Virus record (IMG/VR): IMGVR_UViG_3300048589_000504
Coordinates: 6,609-70,608 of that record
DNA: 64,000 nt
Origin: a virus
Strand: one strand, 5' to 3'
The notes under the pieces are model-generated. The model was not told the DNA's origin. It made no database searches and saw only the letters and a list, made by a program, of their open reading frames with translations. Both the position numbers and the translations under genes were made by a program. How positions within the stretch are numbered: the stretch's first letter is position 1; every line of letters starts with the position of its first letter. This document shows, one piece after another, positions 10,587 to 20,500 of the stretch.

Positions 10587-11771
10587 ATGGCTAAACAGCA
10601 AACTGAGTTCAAAAGCGTGCCGCAGTACATCAAGAGCGTGGACGGCCGTACGGTCGAGGGCGTGTTCGGCGTGTTCGGTAATCTGGACAGTTACAACGAC
10701 ATCTCGCATCCGGGGTCATTCGCCAAGACCATCGCTGAACGCGGCGGGAAGGTGCTGCATTTGTGGCAGCACGACTTCTGGTCGCCGCCTACGGCCGTCG
10801 TGACCAGTCTGCGCGAGATAGAGCGGCTGGAACTACCGGCTGTGGTACAGGCCAAGTTCCCGGAAGCGACCGGCGGCGCGGCGGTCAAGCGCACGTACAT
10901 CGAAAGCCCGCGCGCCGACGAGATTCTGGCCTTGATCAAGGCTGGATCGCCTCTTGAAATGTCCTATGGCTACGACGCGATCCGCGTCGAGTACGAGGAA
11001 ACCGAAGATCACGGCACTGTGCGGCACCTGCTGGAACAGCGTCTGTGGGAGACATCGGACGTGCTGTGGGGAGCCAACAGCGCGACGACGGTCAGCAAGG
11101 CACGGCCGTCTATCCCGCTGGACACGCTGTTGGGGCAGCTTGACAACTACCTCAGCGGCATGAAAGAGGGGCGGCGCAATGCCGAGGGCGACCTGGAACG
11201 CATCAATACCATCGCAACGCTTGCTTATGAACTGGGAGCGACCAGCGTCAAGTTGGTGACCAGTGAAGACGAGAAGGGGAAAGAAGCGGCGCTTGCTCAG
11301 GTAGCAGAAGCGGCAATGGCGGCCGCCACGAAAGAGGGCAAGGCAGAGAGCGAAACGCCGGAAGACGGCGAGCCGAAAGCCGACGCGCTCATCGTGGTCG
11401 TCGATCCGGAGCAGGCTGCTGCGCCTGAGCCGCCCGCCAACGCGGACGCGGATGGAAAGATCGCGGTAGGCGGCAACGTGGCCGAAGAACCGAAGGCAGA
11501 AGCGGGAGACCCCGAAGAAGCGGACAAGCCGGAAGCGGAAAACGCCGCGCCGGAACCGCCCGCCATTGACCCGGAAAGCGCGCCGGAGCCGGAAGATGCT
11601 CCACCCGCTGAGCCGGATAGCACAGACCACGCCGAAACAGAAGACACACACGAAGAAGTAGACGACGAAGCAAAGCAGCGCCGAGCCGGAGCCGCCGCAA
11701 AGGACGAGCAACCACTCACCCTGTTATTCGCTGAACTGGATTTGTTGGAATTGGAAGTTTTTCACCTTTGA
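10587..11771 (+). CDS. HK97-family prohead protease with acidic C-terminal extension
   Basis: VFGNLDSYND...LWQHD...MSYGY...LWETS; Pro/Glu-rich tail. Confidence 0.88.
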   Translation: MAKQQTEFKSVPQYIKSVDGRTVEGVFGVFGNLDSYNDISHPGSFAKTIAERGGKVLHLWQHDFWSPPTAVVTSLREIERLELPAVVQAKFPEATGGAAVKRTYIESPRADEILALIKAGSPLEMSYGYDAIRVEYEETEDHGTVRHLLEQRLWETSDVLWGANSATTVSKARPSIPLDTLLGQLDNYLSGMKEGRRNAEGDLERINTIATLAYELGATSVKLVTSEDEKGKEAALAQVAEAAMAAATKEGKAESETPEDGEPKADALIVVVDPEQAAAPEPPANADADGKIAVGGNVAEEPKAEAGDPEEADKPEAENAAPEPPAIDPESAPEPEDAPPAEPDSTDHAETEDTHEEVDDEAKQRRAGAAAKDEQPLTLLFAELDLLELEVFHL

Positions 11772-11790
11772 GGGAAGTAGGGAGCCACTC

Positions 11791-13002
11791 ATGTTAACGA
11801 AAGAAGCGAAGTTACAGAAGTTGGTTGCGGACGCGAAGGCGCTCCGTAACACGTTGGAAGAGCGTCAGGAAGCCGGGGGCGATGTCACGCAGGAAGAGCG
11901 CAATAACCTGCAAGCGATGATCGACGACGGCACGAAACTGAAAGCGCAGATCGAGCAGGAAGCGAAGCTCGATGAGATGGACACATGGATCAACGCGCCC
12001 GCGCACGAACGCCGCTCCAAGCTCGGAGCCGAGGCGCCGCAGCGGGCCAAGTCGTGGGGCACGATGGTCGTTGAATCGAAGGAATTCGAGTTCGCGTCCG
12101 AGAACGGCCGTGGCATGGCTCCGGTAATGGTCAAGGACATTCACGGCCTGGCCGAAGCCGCAGGCGGCGCATTGGTCGAGGCGATGCGTGATCCGGAACT
12201 GGGCATGATTGCCCAGCGTCCGCGCTCCGTGCTGGACCTGATCACCGTCGCGCAGACGAACAGCAACAGCGTGCAGTACGCGCGCCAGTTGGCGCGCACG
12301 AACGCCGCTGCACCGAAGCTGGATTACGACAGCGGCTGGGTGAGCAAACCGGAAAGCAACATCACCTTTGAGTTGAAGACCGCGCCGGTGGAGACGATCC
12401 CGACCTATGTCGAGGCCCATCGCCACATTCTGGCCGACGCGCCACAACTGCGCAGCCTGATCGATTCCGAACTCACGTACATGGTACGCAAGGTTCTGGA
12501 AGATCAGATCGTTTCCGGCAACGGCACGTCACCGCAGTTCGACGGCTTGACCCACGTCTCCGGCATTCAGACCCGCACGCAGGGAGCGACCGGGGATCGT
12601 GGCGGCGAGACGACCGACACGAAGGCCGACGCGCTGCGCCGCGCGATCACCGACATTCAGCTTGCCTTCTACGAAGTGGACGGCGTTCTGATCAATCCCG
12701 GCGACGCCGAAGACCTGGAATTGGCGAAAGACGCCAATGGCAATTATCTGAACATCTACGATCCGGTCGCGCTGCGCCTGTGGCGTGTGCCGGTCGTGGA
12801 ATCGAGCGTGATGACCGCCGGGACTGCGCTGGTCGGCAATTTCCGCATGGGCGCAACCCTGTGGGATCGCCAACAGACGGAAATCCGCGTCGGTGAGCCG
12901 GGCAGCATGTTCCTTCAGAACGCGGTGGCGATTCTGGCTGAGCTGCGCGCTGCCTTCGGCGTGAAGCGCCCGACGGCATTCGAGAAAGTGACCTTCGCCT
13001 AG
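11791..13002 (+). CDS. HK97-fold major capsid protein
   Basis: N-terminal coiled-coil delta domain, AGGALV, ILADAPQLRSLIDSEL, LWRVPVV, AELRAAFGVKRPTAF. Confidence 0.92.
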   Translation: MLTKEAKLQKLVADAKALRNTLEERQEAGGDVTQEERNNLQAMIDDGTKLKAQIEQEAKLDEMDTWINAPAHERRSKLGAEAPQRAKSWGTMVVESKEFEFASENGRGMAPVMVKDIHGLAEAAGGALVEAMRDPELGMIAQRPRSVLDLITVAQTNSNSVQYARQLARTNAAAPKLDYDSGWVSKPESNITFELKTAPVETIPTYVEAHRHILADAPQLRSLIDSELTYMVRKVLEDQIVSGNGTSPQFDGLTHVSGIQTRTQGATGDRGGETTDTKADALRRAITDIQLAFYEVDGVLINPGDAEDLELAKDANGNYLNIYDPVALRLWRVPVVESSVMTAGTALVGNFRMGATLWDRQQTEIRVGEPGSMFLQNAVAILAELRAAFGVKRPTAFEKVTFA

Positions 13003-13007
13003 GTCGC

Positions 13008-13107
13008 TCTGTCATCTCTGGTAAGCGGAGCCAACACTTACCACCTCGCGGGGCCGGGCGGCATGGGGATACCAGTCGCTAACCGCCCGGCCGTGCGAGG
13101 GGACAGA
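13008..13107 (+). ncRNA. candidate three-way-junction RNA structure after the capsid gene
   Basis: Nested stems TCTGTC/GACAGA, TGGTAAG/CTTACCA, CCTCGC+GGCCGGGCGG/CCGCCCGGCC+GCGAGG. Confidence 0.45.
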
Positions 13108-13145
13108 CACCGAACGCGAGTAACAGGGGAACAGGGAGCCAACTA

Positions 13146-13547
13146 ATGAGCGTAATCGCTAAACACCAACCTATTGACTATCAGGGCTTTGCCATCCTCA
13201 AAGTCGCGCTTGCCGATGCTGACACAGCGGGTGGCATCGCGGCTGTGGCCAATCCGGCAGGGGAGGCGGCAATCATCCATCGCCTGCTTATCGACGTTGA
13301 AACCGAGTCCACCGGCGCGTGCACTGTTGATGCGGGCGTCGCCGCGGATGCGGAAACCTCATCCGACACGCTGATCGACGGCGCTTCTGTCGCCGCGGCC
13401 GCTTTGCTGAACAACAGCAACAACGCGGGCACGAATGGCAAGGCGGTCGTGGCGTGGGCGGCTGACAAGTTCGTGACGATCAGCATGGCCACCGGCGCGG
13501 CTGCCGATCTGGCCGGGAACGCCTACATCGTCTATTCGCTGGCCTAA
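13146..13547 (+). CDS. putative capsid decoration/structural protein
   Basis: Ala/Gly-rich, directly after the capsid gene; GGGAG SD. Confidence 0.6.
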   Translation: MSVIAKHQPIDYQGFAILKVALADADTAGGIAAVANPAGEAAIIHRLLIDVETESTGACTVDAGVAADAETSSDTLIDGASVAAAALLNNSNNAGTNGKAVVAWAADKFVTISMATGAAADLAGNAYIVYSLA

Positions 13548-13551
13548 CGCC

Positions 13552-13884
13552 ATGAATCTGAACGAGTACATCCCGGACCATGACATCACTGAGAAGCTGC
13601 CCGACGGCCGTAACGTGCTGATCTGGGCAGCCGGTAAGCCGATGGACATTGACCGGGCCGTGGCGCTGGGTCTGATCGAGCGCAGGCAGCCGGTTGTTAT
13701 ACGGCCGTCGGAGACGAAGGCCGAAGCGGAGCCGGAACCTGAACCGCTGCCGCCCGCCGCCGACCGAGCCACACCCGGCGCGTTGGCGCTGGCTAAAAAG
13801 AACAAGCTGGACATCGACGCCCTGGAAGGCACCGGCATCGGCGGGCGCATCACCAAGCGTGACGTGGAGGCGCTGCTCAAGTGA
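13552..13884 (+). CDS. small protein with C-terminal E3-binding (peripheral subunit-binding)-like domain
   Basis: ATPGALALAKKNKLDIDALEGTGIGGRITKRDV after a Pro/Glu linker. Confidence 0.75.
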   Translation: MNLNEYIPDHDITEKLPDGRNVLIWAAGKPMDIDRAVALGLIERRQPVVIRPSETKAEAEPEPEPLPPAADRATPGALALAKKNKLDIDALEGTGIGGRITKRDVEALLK

Positions 13885-14465
13885 CCGACTACGCCTATGT
13901 CACCCCCGCTGAGTTCGGCGGCGCTTCCGGTTATCTGAAGCAGATCACCATTACCGACGATGCCACGCTGCTGAAAGTGAACGCGGTCATTGCGCGGGCA
14001 CAAGCGGTAGTCGATGGCGTGCTGGAACTGTCCTATGCCGAAGACTACGTGAATGAAGAGCGCCAGGTGCGCTCTTCTCGCGGCGCGTACTTCACCTTGC
14101 CGCCGCATGAAATCGGCAGTGTGTCGCAAGTGACGACGATGGACGGCGGCGACGTGTCGGATTACTTCCAGGAACTGCCTAACGGCGTCCTGTACGCGGT
14201 GGACAGCGGCGGTTACGAAGGCAACTGGGGAGCCGGTATGTATCTCGTGACCGCCGCGTGGGGCTGCGGGCCGGTGCCGCAAGACGTGAAAGAAGTGACG
14301 CTGGAAGTTGCGGTGAATCTTTGGCGCAGTGCCGAGGCGGGCCGCTTCTCCAATGTGATCGGCGCGTCCGATGGCGGCGCGGTCGGGTACGAAGGCGCGC
14401 TCACACCCTTTCAGGTGATGGTGCTGAAAAACGCGCGGCGCAAGTTGGTGCCGCAGGCGGTTTAG
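13881..14465 (+). CDS. head-tail connector
   Basis: Position; YAYVTPAEF start and WGCGPVPQDVKEVTL motif. Confidence 0.7.
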   Translation: MTDYAYVTPAEFGGASGYLKQITITDDATLLKVNAVIARAQAVVDGVLELSYAEDYVNEERQVRSSRGAYFTLPPHEIGSVSQVTTMDGGDVSDYFQELPNGVLYAVDSGGYEGNWGAGMYLVTAAWGCGPVPQDVKEVTLEVAVNLWRSAEAGRFSNVIGASDGGAVGYEGALTPFQVMVLKNARRKLVPQAV

Positions 14466-14891
14466 ATGGCTGACAGTGAACTGGACACCATCCTGATCGG
14501 CTTGCACGAGCGGTTCGCGACAGTCACGGCGCTGGAAGCTCTGTTGGATCACGAGCCGCGCTCGATCCACAACAGCTCGCTGCTGTATTCCCTCTACAAG
14601 GAAACGCGGCGGGCGCAGCATGGGCAGGTCCTTTCCGAGACACATCAATTCACGCACCGCGCCTGCTTCTCCTACGCCGATCCGCAGGCTGCGGAAAAGG
14701 CGGTCAGAGCAGTGGTTACGGCCGTGCCGCTAAGTGTGGAGCAGGACCCGCAGCTGGGCCGACGCATTACGAGCGGCGGCGCGGTGGTGGAAGAAGGGCG
14801 CGGCGGGTTTGTGCTGATCGACGGCACGGTCTACCGCGTCGTGGACTTCACAAGCACGGTCGTTGTGAAGAGGCCGGTGCAGCGTGCCTAG
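14466..14891 (+). CDS. putative tail terminator / head-tail protein
   Basis: Position and size in the neck module. Confidence 0.55.
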   Translation: MADSELDTILIGLHERFATVTALEALLDHEPRSIHNSSLLYSLYKETRRAQHGQVLSETHQFTHRACFSYADPQAAEKAVRAVVTAVPLSVEQDPQLGRRITSGGAVVEEGRGGFVLIDGTVYRVVDFTSTVVVKRPVQRA

Positions 14892-15303
14892 TATCGAAGT
14901 GCGCGATCTGCCGGATGTGCTGCGCGTGACCTACGACATCGCGCAGGCGATGAAGGCCGGGGAGCTGGGCAAGGTCTACTCGCACGGCGCGAATCAGGGA
15001 CGCGGGAATTACGAGTTCTGGGTGCAGAGCGACGAGATGCAGACCTCGCAGCATCAACGCACCGGCTGGCGTACCGACGAGACGGCCGTGCGCGAATTCG
15101 AGCCGAAGGCCGAGCAGATTTTCAACGATGTGATGAAAGACCTCGGCGGCGGCAAGGCCAGCGACCTGCTGCGCGAAGGGACGCGAGAGCTGCTGAGCCA
15201 AATCCTTGAATTCATGGAGTGGTATCCGCCGGAACCGCCGCAATCGACGTATGTGCGCACCGGCACGCTGCACGATAGCTGGGATATGGAGCTGAACCTA
15301 TGA
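14884..15303 (+). CDS. HK97 gp10-like neck protein
   Basis: YVRTGTLHDSW motif; position. Confidence 0.55.
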   Translation: MPSIEVRDLPDVLRVTYDIAQAMKAGELGKVYSHGANQGRGNYEFWVQSDEMQTSQHQRTGWRTDETAVREFEPKAEQIFNDVMKDLGGGKASDLLREGTRELLSQILEFMEWYPPEPPQSTYVRTGTLHDSWDMELNL

Positions 15304-15536
15304 GCGAGATCGCTTTCTTTTACGACGAAACCAAAAACCAGCAGGGCCGCTTTATTTCCGGCGTGCCGCTGCGGAACCTGACACAAGACGAGGTAGACGC
15401 GCTGCCGCCGCACAAACAGGCCAGTCTCGCCGCCTCACCGATGTATCTGACTGCGCTGGACGCAGGAGAAGCCGACGTGGCCGATGAAGTCATCCTGAAT
15501 GAACTGGATTGGCTCGCGGACGACGAAGAAGAGTAG
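15300..15536 (+). CDS. hypothetical protein
   Basis: ATGA coupling; GVPLRNLT motif. Confidence 0.6.
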   Translation: MSEIAFFYDETKNQQGRFISGVPLRNLTQDEVDALPPHKQASLAASPMYLTALDAGEADVADEVILNELDWLADDEEE

Positions 15537-15633
15537 ACGTGAGCCGACGCTGAGGTGTGGAGCCGCCGCAGCAACAGGGCTGAAGCAATAGTGCTGACGC
15601 GATTGAGCTAAAGCACAGGGGAAGGGGAGACAC

Positions 15634-16647
15634 ATGGCTGAAATAGCTTTTGAATCATTGGCAATGGCGCTGGAAGGGACGACCGGCACGGCCGAAACCG
15701 CACCGACCAGTTTCATGAATCTGGCTGGTACGTTAGAGCCGGTCATTGAGTATTACGAGCCGGACGAATCCAGCGGCTTGCTGGCTGCGCGTATGCGCAC
15801 GAAGCAGACGCGCAAGTATGGCAATTTCGACGCGGATGGTCCGCTGGACCCGAACACGCTCATTGAGTTCCTCTCGATGATCGCCAAAGGCGGCGTTACT
15901 CCGGCGCAGCCTGGCGCCGCGTCGGATACGTATGATTGGGATTTTTCGCCCACGATGGACGCGGACGATCTGAAGTTCGCCACCCTGTGGTGGGGCGATC
16001 CGAACATGACGCATGTCCTGCGCGGCAAGTATGGCTTCATCGACAGTCTCACGATTGCCAGTGATGCTTCCGGTATCGACGGCGCGACGCTTTCCATCTC
16101 CGGCATGACCAACTTCCCGGAGAAGGTCACGCCGCCGACGTATCCGGATCAGGCATTTGCGCCGCTGATCGCCGGTGTGAACATGCAGCTCTATCTTGAC
16201 ACGACCAGCGCCATCGGCACGACGGCCGTCACCGGTCGCGTGGTCAGTGCGCAGCATGTGCTCGAATCCGGCATCACGCCGAAGTACGTCGCCGCCGGTC
16301 CGACGGCCGATTTGTCCTACTCGCGGCATGGCCGTGGCAAGCGCGGCATGGTTACGAGCGTGGTCATGGAGATCCCGGATTACGCGCAGTATGACATCGC
16401 CATGCTGGCCGATACCGTCGCCAAACTGCGCGTCGTGCACAATGGCGCGTTCATCGAAACCGACAGCGTAGCCCTGTACTACGGCGTGACTGTAGATACC
16501 TACGGCGTGCTGCGCTTCGGCGGTTGGGGCGAGCTGGAAGGCACGAACCGCACAGCGACCTTTGAGGTGCACAGCGAGTACAACGCGGGCGCGGGTGTAG
16601 ACTGGGCAATCAAGGTCCGCAATAAGGCCGCTGCGCTGGCTGCGTAG
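15634..16647 (+). CDS. major tail tube protein
   Basis: Strong SD GGGGAG; LEGTTGTAE N-terminus; lies upstream of the chaperone and tape measure. Confidence 0.8.
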   Translation: MAEIAFESLAMALEGTTGTAETAPTSFMNLAGTLEPVIEYYEPDESSGLLAARMRTKQTRKYGNFDADGPLDPNTLIEFLSMIAKGGVTPAQPGAASDTYDWDFSPTMDADDLKFATLWWGDPNMTHVLRGKYGFIDSLTIASDASGIDGATLSISGMTNFPEKVTPPTYPDQAFAPLIAGVNMQLYLDTTSAIGTTAVTGRVVSAQHVLESGITPKYVAAGPTADLSYSRHGRGKRGMVTSVVMEIPDYAQYDIAMLADTVAKLRVVHNGAFIETDSVALYYGVTVDTYGVLRFGGWGELEGTNRTATFEVHSEYNAGAGVDWAIKVRNKAAALAA

Positions 16648-16663
16648 GCGCGGAAAACTGCTC

Positions 16664-16693
16664 TTGACAGTCTTTATCCGGCGGTTATATACT
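16664..16693 (+). promoter_or_regulatory. sigma70-like promoter of the tail operon
   Basis: TTGACA-N18-TATACT. Confidence 0.65.
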
Positions 16694-16749
16694 TTTGTGA
16701 AACGTTGCAAAATGATGTGAAACAACATCAAACCCGCAACCGCTCACGC

Positions 16750-16804
16750 CGAGAAACGTTAGAAACTCGCCGTCGTCAACAGTTCTGTTGGCGGCGGCTT
16801 TTTT
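16750..16804 (+). terminator. conserved leader/intrinsic terminator, copy 2
   Basis: 29 bp identical to 10511-10539; stem has a compensatory change (CAACA/TGTTG); T run follows. Confidence 0.8.
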
Positions 16805-16838
16805 GTTGTCTGTGAACACAAAGCAAGGAGAGCCGACG

Positions 16839-17267
16839 ATGTTCATTAACCCGCAGGAAACGTTAACCGTACACGACGACAAGGGCAATTCCATTGTCAT
16901 CAAAGCCAAGATGGATTTTGCCGATTACGCCAAAGTCGAAGCCGCGCTCATGCAGTTGAAGTTAAAGAGCGGCACGAATGGCAGCACGCGGCCGGCAGAC
17001 CAGGCCGAGATGGAGATCGACGCGACTGTCACCTACAGCGCGCAGAAGATGGCGCTGCTGAAGGTCTGCATCCGCAGTTGGGATGGTCCTGATTTCGTCG
17101 GTGTGGTGTGCAGCGAAGCCAACATTGCGCGGCTTGACCCGAACGAGCCGCTGGTCGAGAAGGTGCTGGACGTGATTAACCAGCGCAACGAAGAGCCGAC
17201 CAAAGCGCCGCCCGCAGCCCCGGCGCCTGACCCAAACTTCCAGGAGCCGCCTACCTTCGCGGAGTAA
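16839..17267 (+). CDS. tail assembly chaperone (gpG-like)
   Basis: AAGGAG SD; IRSWDG...IARLD motif; between tail tube and tape measure. Confidence 0.8.
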   Translation: MFINPQETLTVHDDKGNSIVIKAKMDFADYAKVEAALMQLKLKSGTNGSTRPADQAEMEIDATVTYSAQKMALLKVCIRSWDGPDFVGVVCSEANIARLDPNEPLVEKVLDVINQRNEEPTKAPPAAPAPDPNFQEPPTFAE

Positions 17268-17500
17268 AAGGCAGGTGGCTGAACCGCCTGCGCGGCATCC
17301 CGTCGCTGTCACCCGCAGGCTATCACGATCTGTGCGTGACGTTGGCGGTGAAGCACAACTGGACGCCGGAACAGATCGGCCGCATGGACCCGTATTTCGT
17401 GAACGAACTGTTTATGCGGCACGAGGCGGAAGCGGATTATCAGGCGGCTGAGGCCAAGAAGGCGGAACGGAAGAACAGGCGGGGTAGGAAGGGCAGGTAG
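17231..17500 (+). CDS. -1 frameshift extension of the tail chaperone (gpGT-like); not in the ORF track
   Basis: In-frame slippery site C CCA AAC at 17231-17237. The -1 frame is open to TAG 17500 and encodes LAVKHNWTPEQIGRM. Downstream stem 17246-17279. Confidence 0.8.
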   Translation, partial: PKLPGAAYLRGVKGRWLNRLRGIPSLSPAGYHDLCVTLAVKHNWTPEQIGRMDPYFVNELFMRHEAEADYQAAEAKKAERKNRRGRKGR

Positions 17501-17538
17501 CAGGGTAGGGGACTAGGGGGCAGGGGAGCGCGTAGAGA

Positions 17539-20500
17539 GTGACCGCAGAACTCGCAATCATCGCCAAGCTGGAAGACAACGCAAGCAAGGGCCTTGCGTC
17601 TCTGGACGGCCAGCTGCGCGGGCTGGAAGGCGCGGGCGGTGTCGCGTCCAAGGGGTTCGCCAACCTTGAGACAGTGATGAAGGCGACCGCTGTGGCGGGG
17701 GTTGCGGCGTTTGCGGCTGTTGGCGCGGGTGCGATAAAGCTCGGCGTAGACGGTGTGAAAGCGTTCGCTGACTTCCAGGGCGGCATGAACGAAGTGTTCA
17801 CGCTTATGCCGGGCATGTCGCAGGACGCCATGTCGGCCATGAGCAACGACGTTCTCGCGTTCGGCCAGTCCATCGGTAAAACGTCTGACGAAATTATCCC
17901 GGCGCTGTATCAGGCTATCTCTGCCGGTATACCAGCAGAGAACGTGTTCACGTTCATGGAGACGGCGAACGCGGCGGCGGTCGGCGGCGTGACCGATCTG
18001 GAAACGGCCGTGGACGGTATCACGTCCGTGGTCAATGCCTACGGCGCTGAGACGATGAGCGCGGCGCAGGCCAGTGACTTGATGTTCACGGCCGTGAGGC
18101 TGGGCAAGTGCGTCACCGGCGACACGCGGGTACTACTCGCGGACGGCCGTTACGTGCGCATTGACGAGCTGGAAGAAGGCGCGGACGTGGTGTCTTATGA
18201 CGGCCGTACATTCCAGGTACGTCCGGCGACGTGGGTGGATCAGGGTACGAAGCCGACTGTGAAGCTGACCACACGCCTGGGCCGCGAGATCACCACGACA
18301 TGGAACCATCCCTATCTGGCGCACAAGAAAGGACGCGACATACGCTCCAATGCCCGGCCGGAGTGGACAAAGGTAAGCGACCTTGAAGTTGGCGACCGCA
18401 TTGCGGTGCCGACGGCGCTCCCCTACTTCGGTGACGTTGATGTGCCGGAACACGAAGCCGCGTTTCTGGGCTTGTGGCTTGCTGAGGGCGCTGTACAGAA
18501 AGGCTCCGCGAAGATAACCACCACGCTCTACGGCGACCAGATCACGACATGGGCTGACAAGTTCGGCTGCGTCGCCAACAACACTGACAAGCGCGAAGGC
18601 GCTGCTCCTGTTTACCAGTTCACGAAAGGTTACAGGGGCGGCCGTGAGCGCACACGGCCGCAAGAGCTGCTTATCGAGCTTGGCTTGGATGACGTGACAT
18701 CGGCCACGAAGCACATCCCTGAGCAGGTGTTTAGCTGGAAGCGTGAGCGTATCGCTACGATGTTGCACTGGCTGTTCAATGGCGACGGGTGGCTGAATGA
18801 CGTGAGGCAGCAAGGGCGCAGCGGCTTCCAGCTTGGCTTTTGCTCCAAGAGCGAGCAGCTAGTGCGCGATGTGAATCACCTGCTTTTGCGCTTCGGCATT
18901 GTGGGGCGCATTCGCCAACGTAAGGATGTCAATGCATGGGTCTGGGAAGTCAACCGGCACTATGAGATTTCGCGCTTCGTGCGCTTTATCGGTATCGACC
19001 GCCCCGCCGCCGAACGTGTCGCAATCCATGTGCCGGAAAAGCAAAAGGCAAGCTTCGACGTAGTTGAATACGACCGCATTGTCAGCATCGAATCCGGGCC
19101 AGAACAGCACGTTTACGATCTGTGTGTCGATGAGCTGCATAACTTTGTCGCCAACGACATTGTGGCCCACAACACCGACTTCAGCCAACTCTCCGCCTCC
19201 CTCTTCCAAGTCACGCCAACCGCCGCCGCCCTCGGTGTCGGCTTCGGTGATGTCACCGCCGCCCTGGCCAGCCTGACCGCGCAGGGCGTGCCCACCTCTG
19301 TCGCTACGACGCAGATGCGGCAGATGTTCATTGAGTTGAGCAAGGAAGGCGGCAAGACTAGCGCCACGTTCCAGGAGCTGGCCGGCCAATCGTTCAAGGA
19401 CTTCATCGCTTCCGGCGGTAACGTGGCCGACGCGCTGGAAATGTTGGAAGCATACGCCAAAGAAACCGGCGTCGGCGTAAACGATCTGTTCGGTTCAGTG
19501 GAAGCGGGCGCGGCGGCGCTGGGCCTCACCGGTTCCAGCATGGAAGGCTTCCGCGCCAACCTCGCGGCGATGGACGAATCGGCCGGAGCGACGCAAGCCG
19601 CTTACGAACAAATGAAAACCGGCATGCAGCTCGTCTTCGACATCATCGGCGCGACGGTTGACAACTTCAAGATTCGGATCGGCGCGGCGCTGGCTCCGTT
19701 CGTGGACGAACTCGCTCCGAAGATCGCTGCCTTTGCAGAGCAGGCCCTGCCGAAACTGGAAACGGCGTTCAAGGCGGTCACAGAGGTGATCGCGCTGTTT
19801 ACCGGCCTCGGTTCGGATTCCATTGACACGCTGGACAACATGCGCGACGTGCTGTTCGACCTGGGCATGACATCGCCCCAGGTGGATGCCCTGGAAACGG
19901 CCGTGCGCAACGTGGCCGACGCCATCAAGTCGTTCATCGCCAACCTGCAAGAGGGCATGTCGCCGATGGATGCCTTCATTGAGGCGATCTGGGATATGGT
20001 TCCGCTAGAGACCGCGATGGCCTTGGCGAACATACGTGATGGGATAAACAGCTTTATCGATGCGGTAAAAACAGCGGTAGAGCCGATCACCTCCTGGATT
20101 CAGGAGAACGTCAAGCTGCAAGACATCCTCGCCGTCATGGGCCTGGTTGTCGCGTCCGTTGTCCTACCCGCGCTGGCCTCGTTGCTGGTTACGGTTCTTG
20201 GCTTTATTGCGCCAATTGCGGCGCTCGTTCTCGCCGTCGCCGGACTGCGCGTCGCGTGGGAGAGTGACTTCCTCGGCATCCGCACGGCCGCTGAGGGCGC
20301 TTTCGAGTTCTTGCAAGGCGCATTTGAGTCGGTCAAGACGGCTATTGACACGTTCAAAACCGCAATGGCTGACGGCCTCGATCCGGTTGACGCGCTGCGT
20401 GAAGCTATAGGCACGTTTGGCGAAGACGCACAAGGCGTATTCGACAAGGTGATGGAAGCGGTCGGCAAGCTCACAGACTTCTTCGCGCCCACTATCGAGC

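Noticed and set aside
13359-14657. Long antisense ORFs (also 22017-23363, 38720-39694, 15733-16731)
   Set aside because: Shadow frames of GC-rich genes, with no motifs or ribosome-binding sites.
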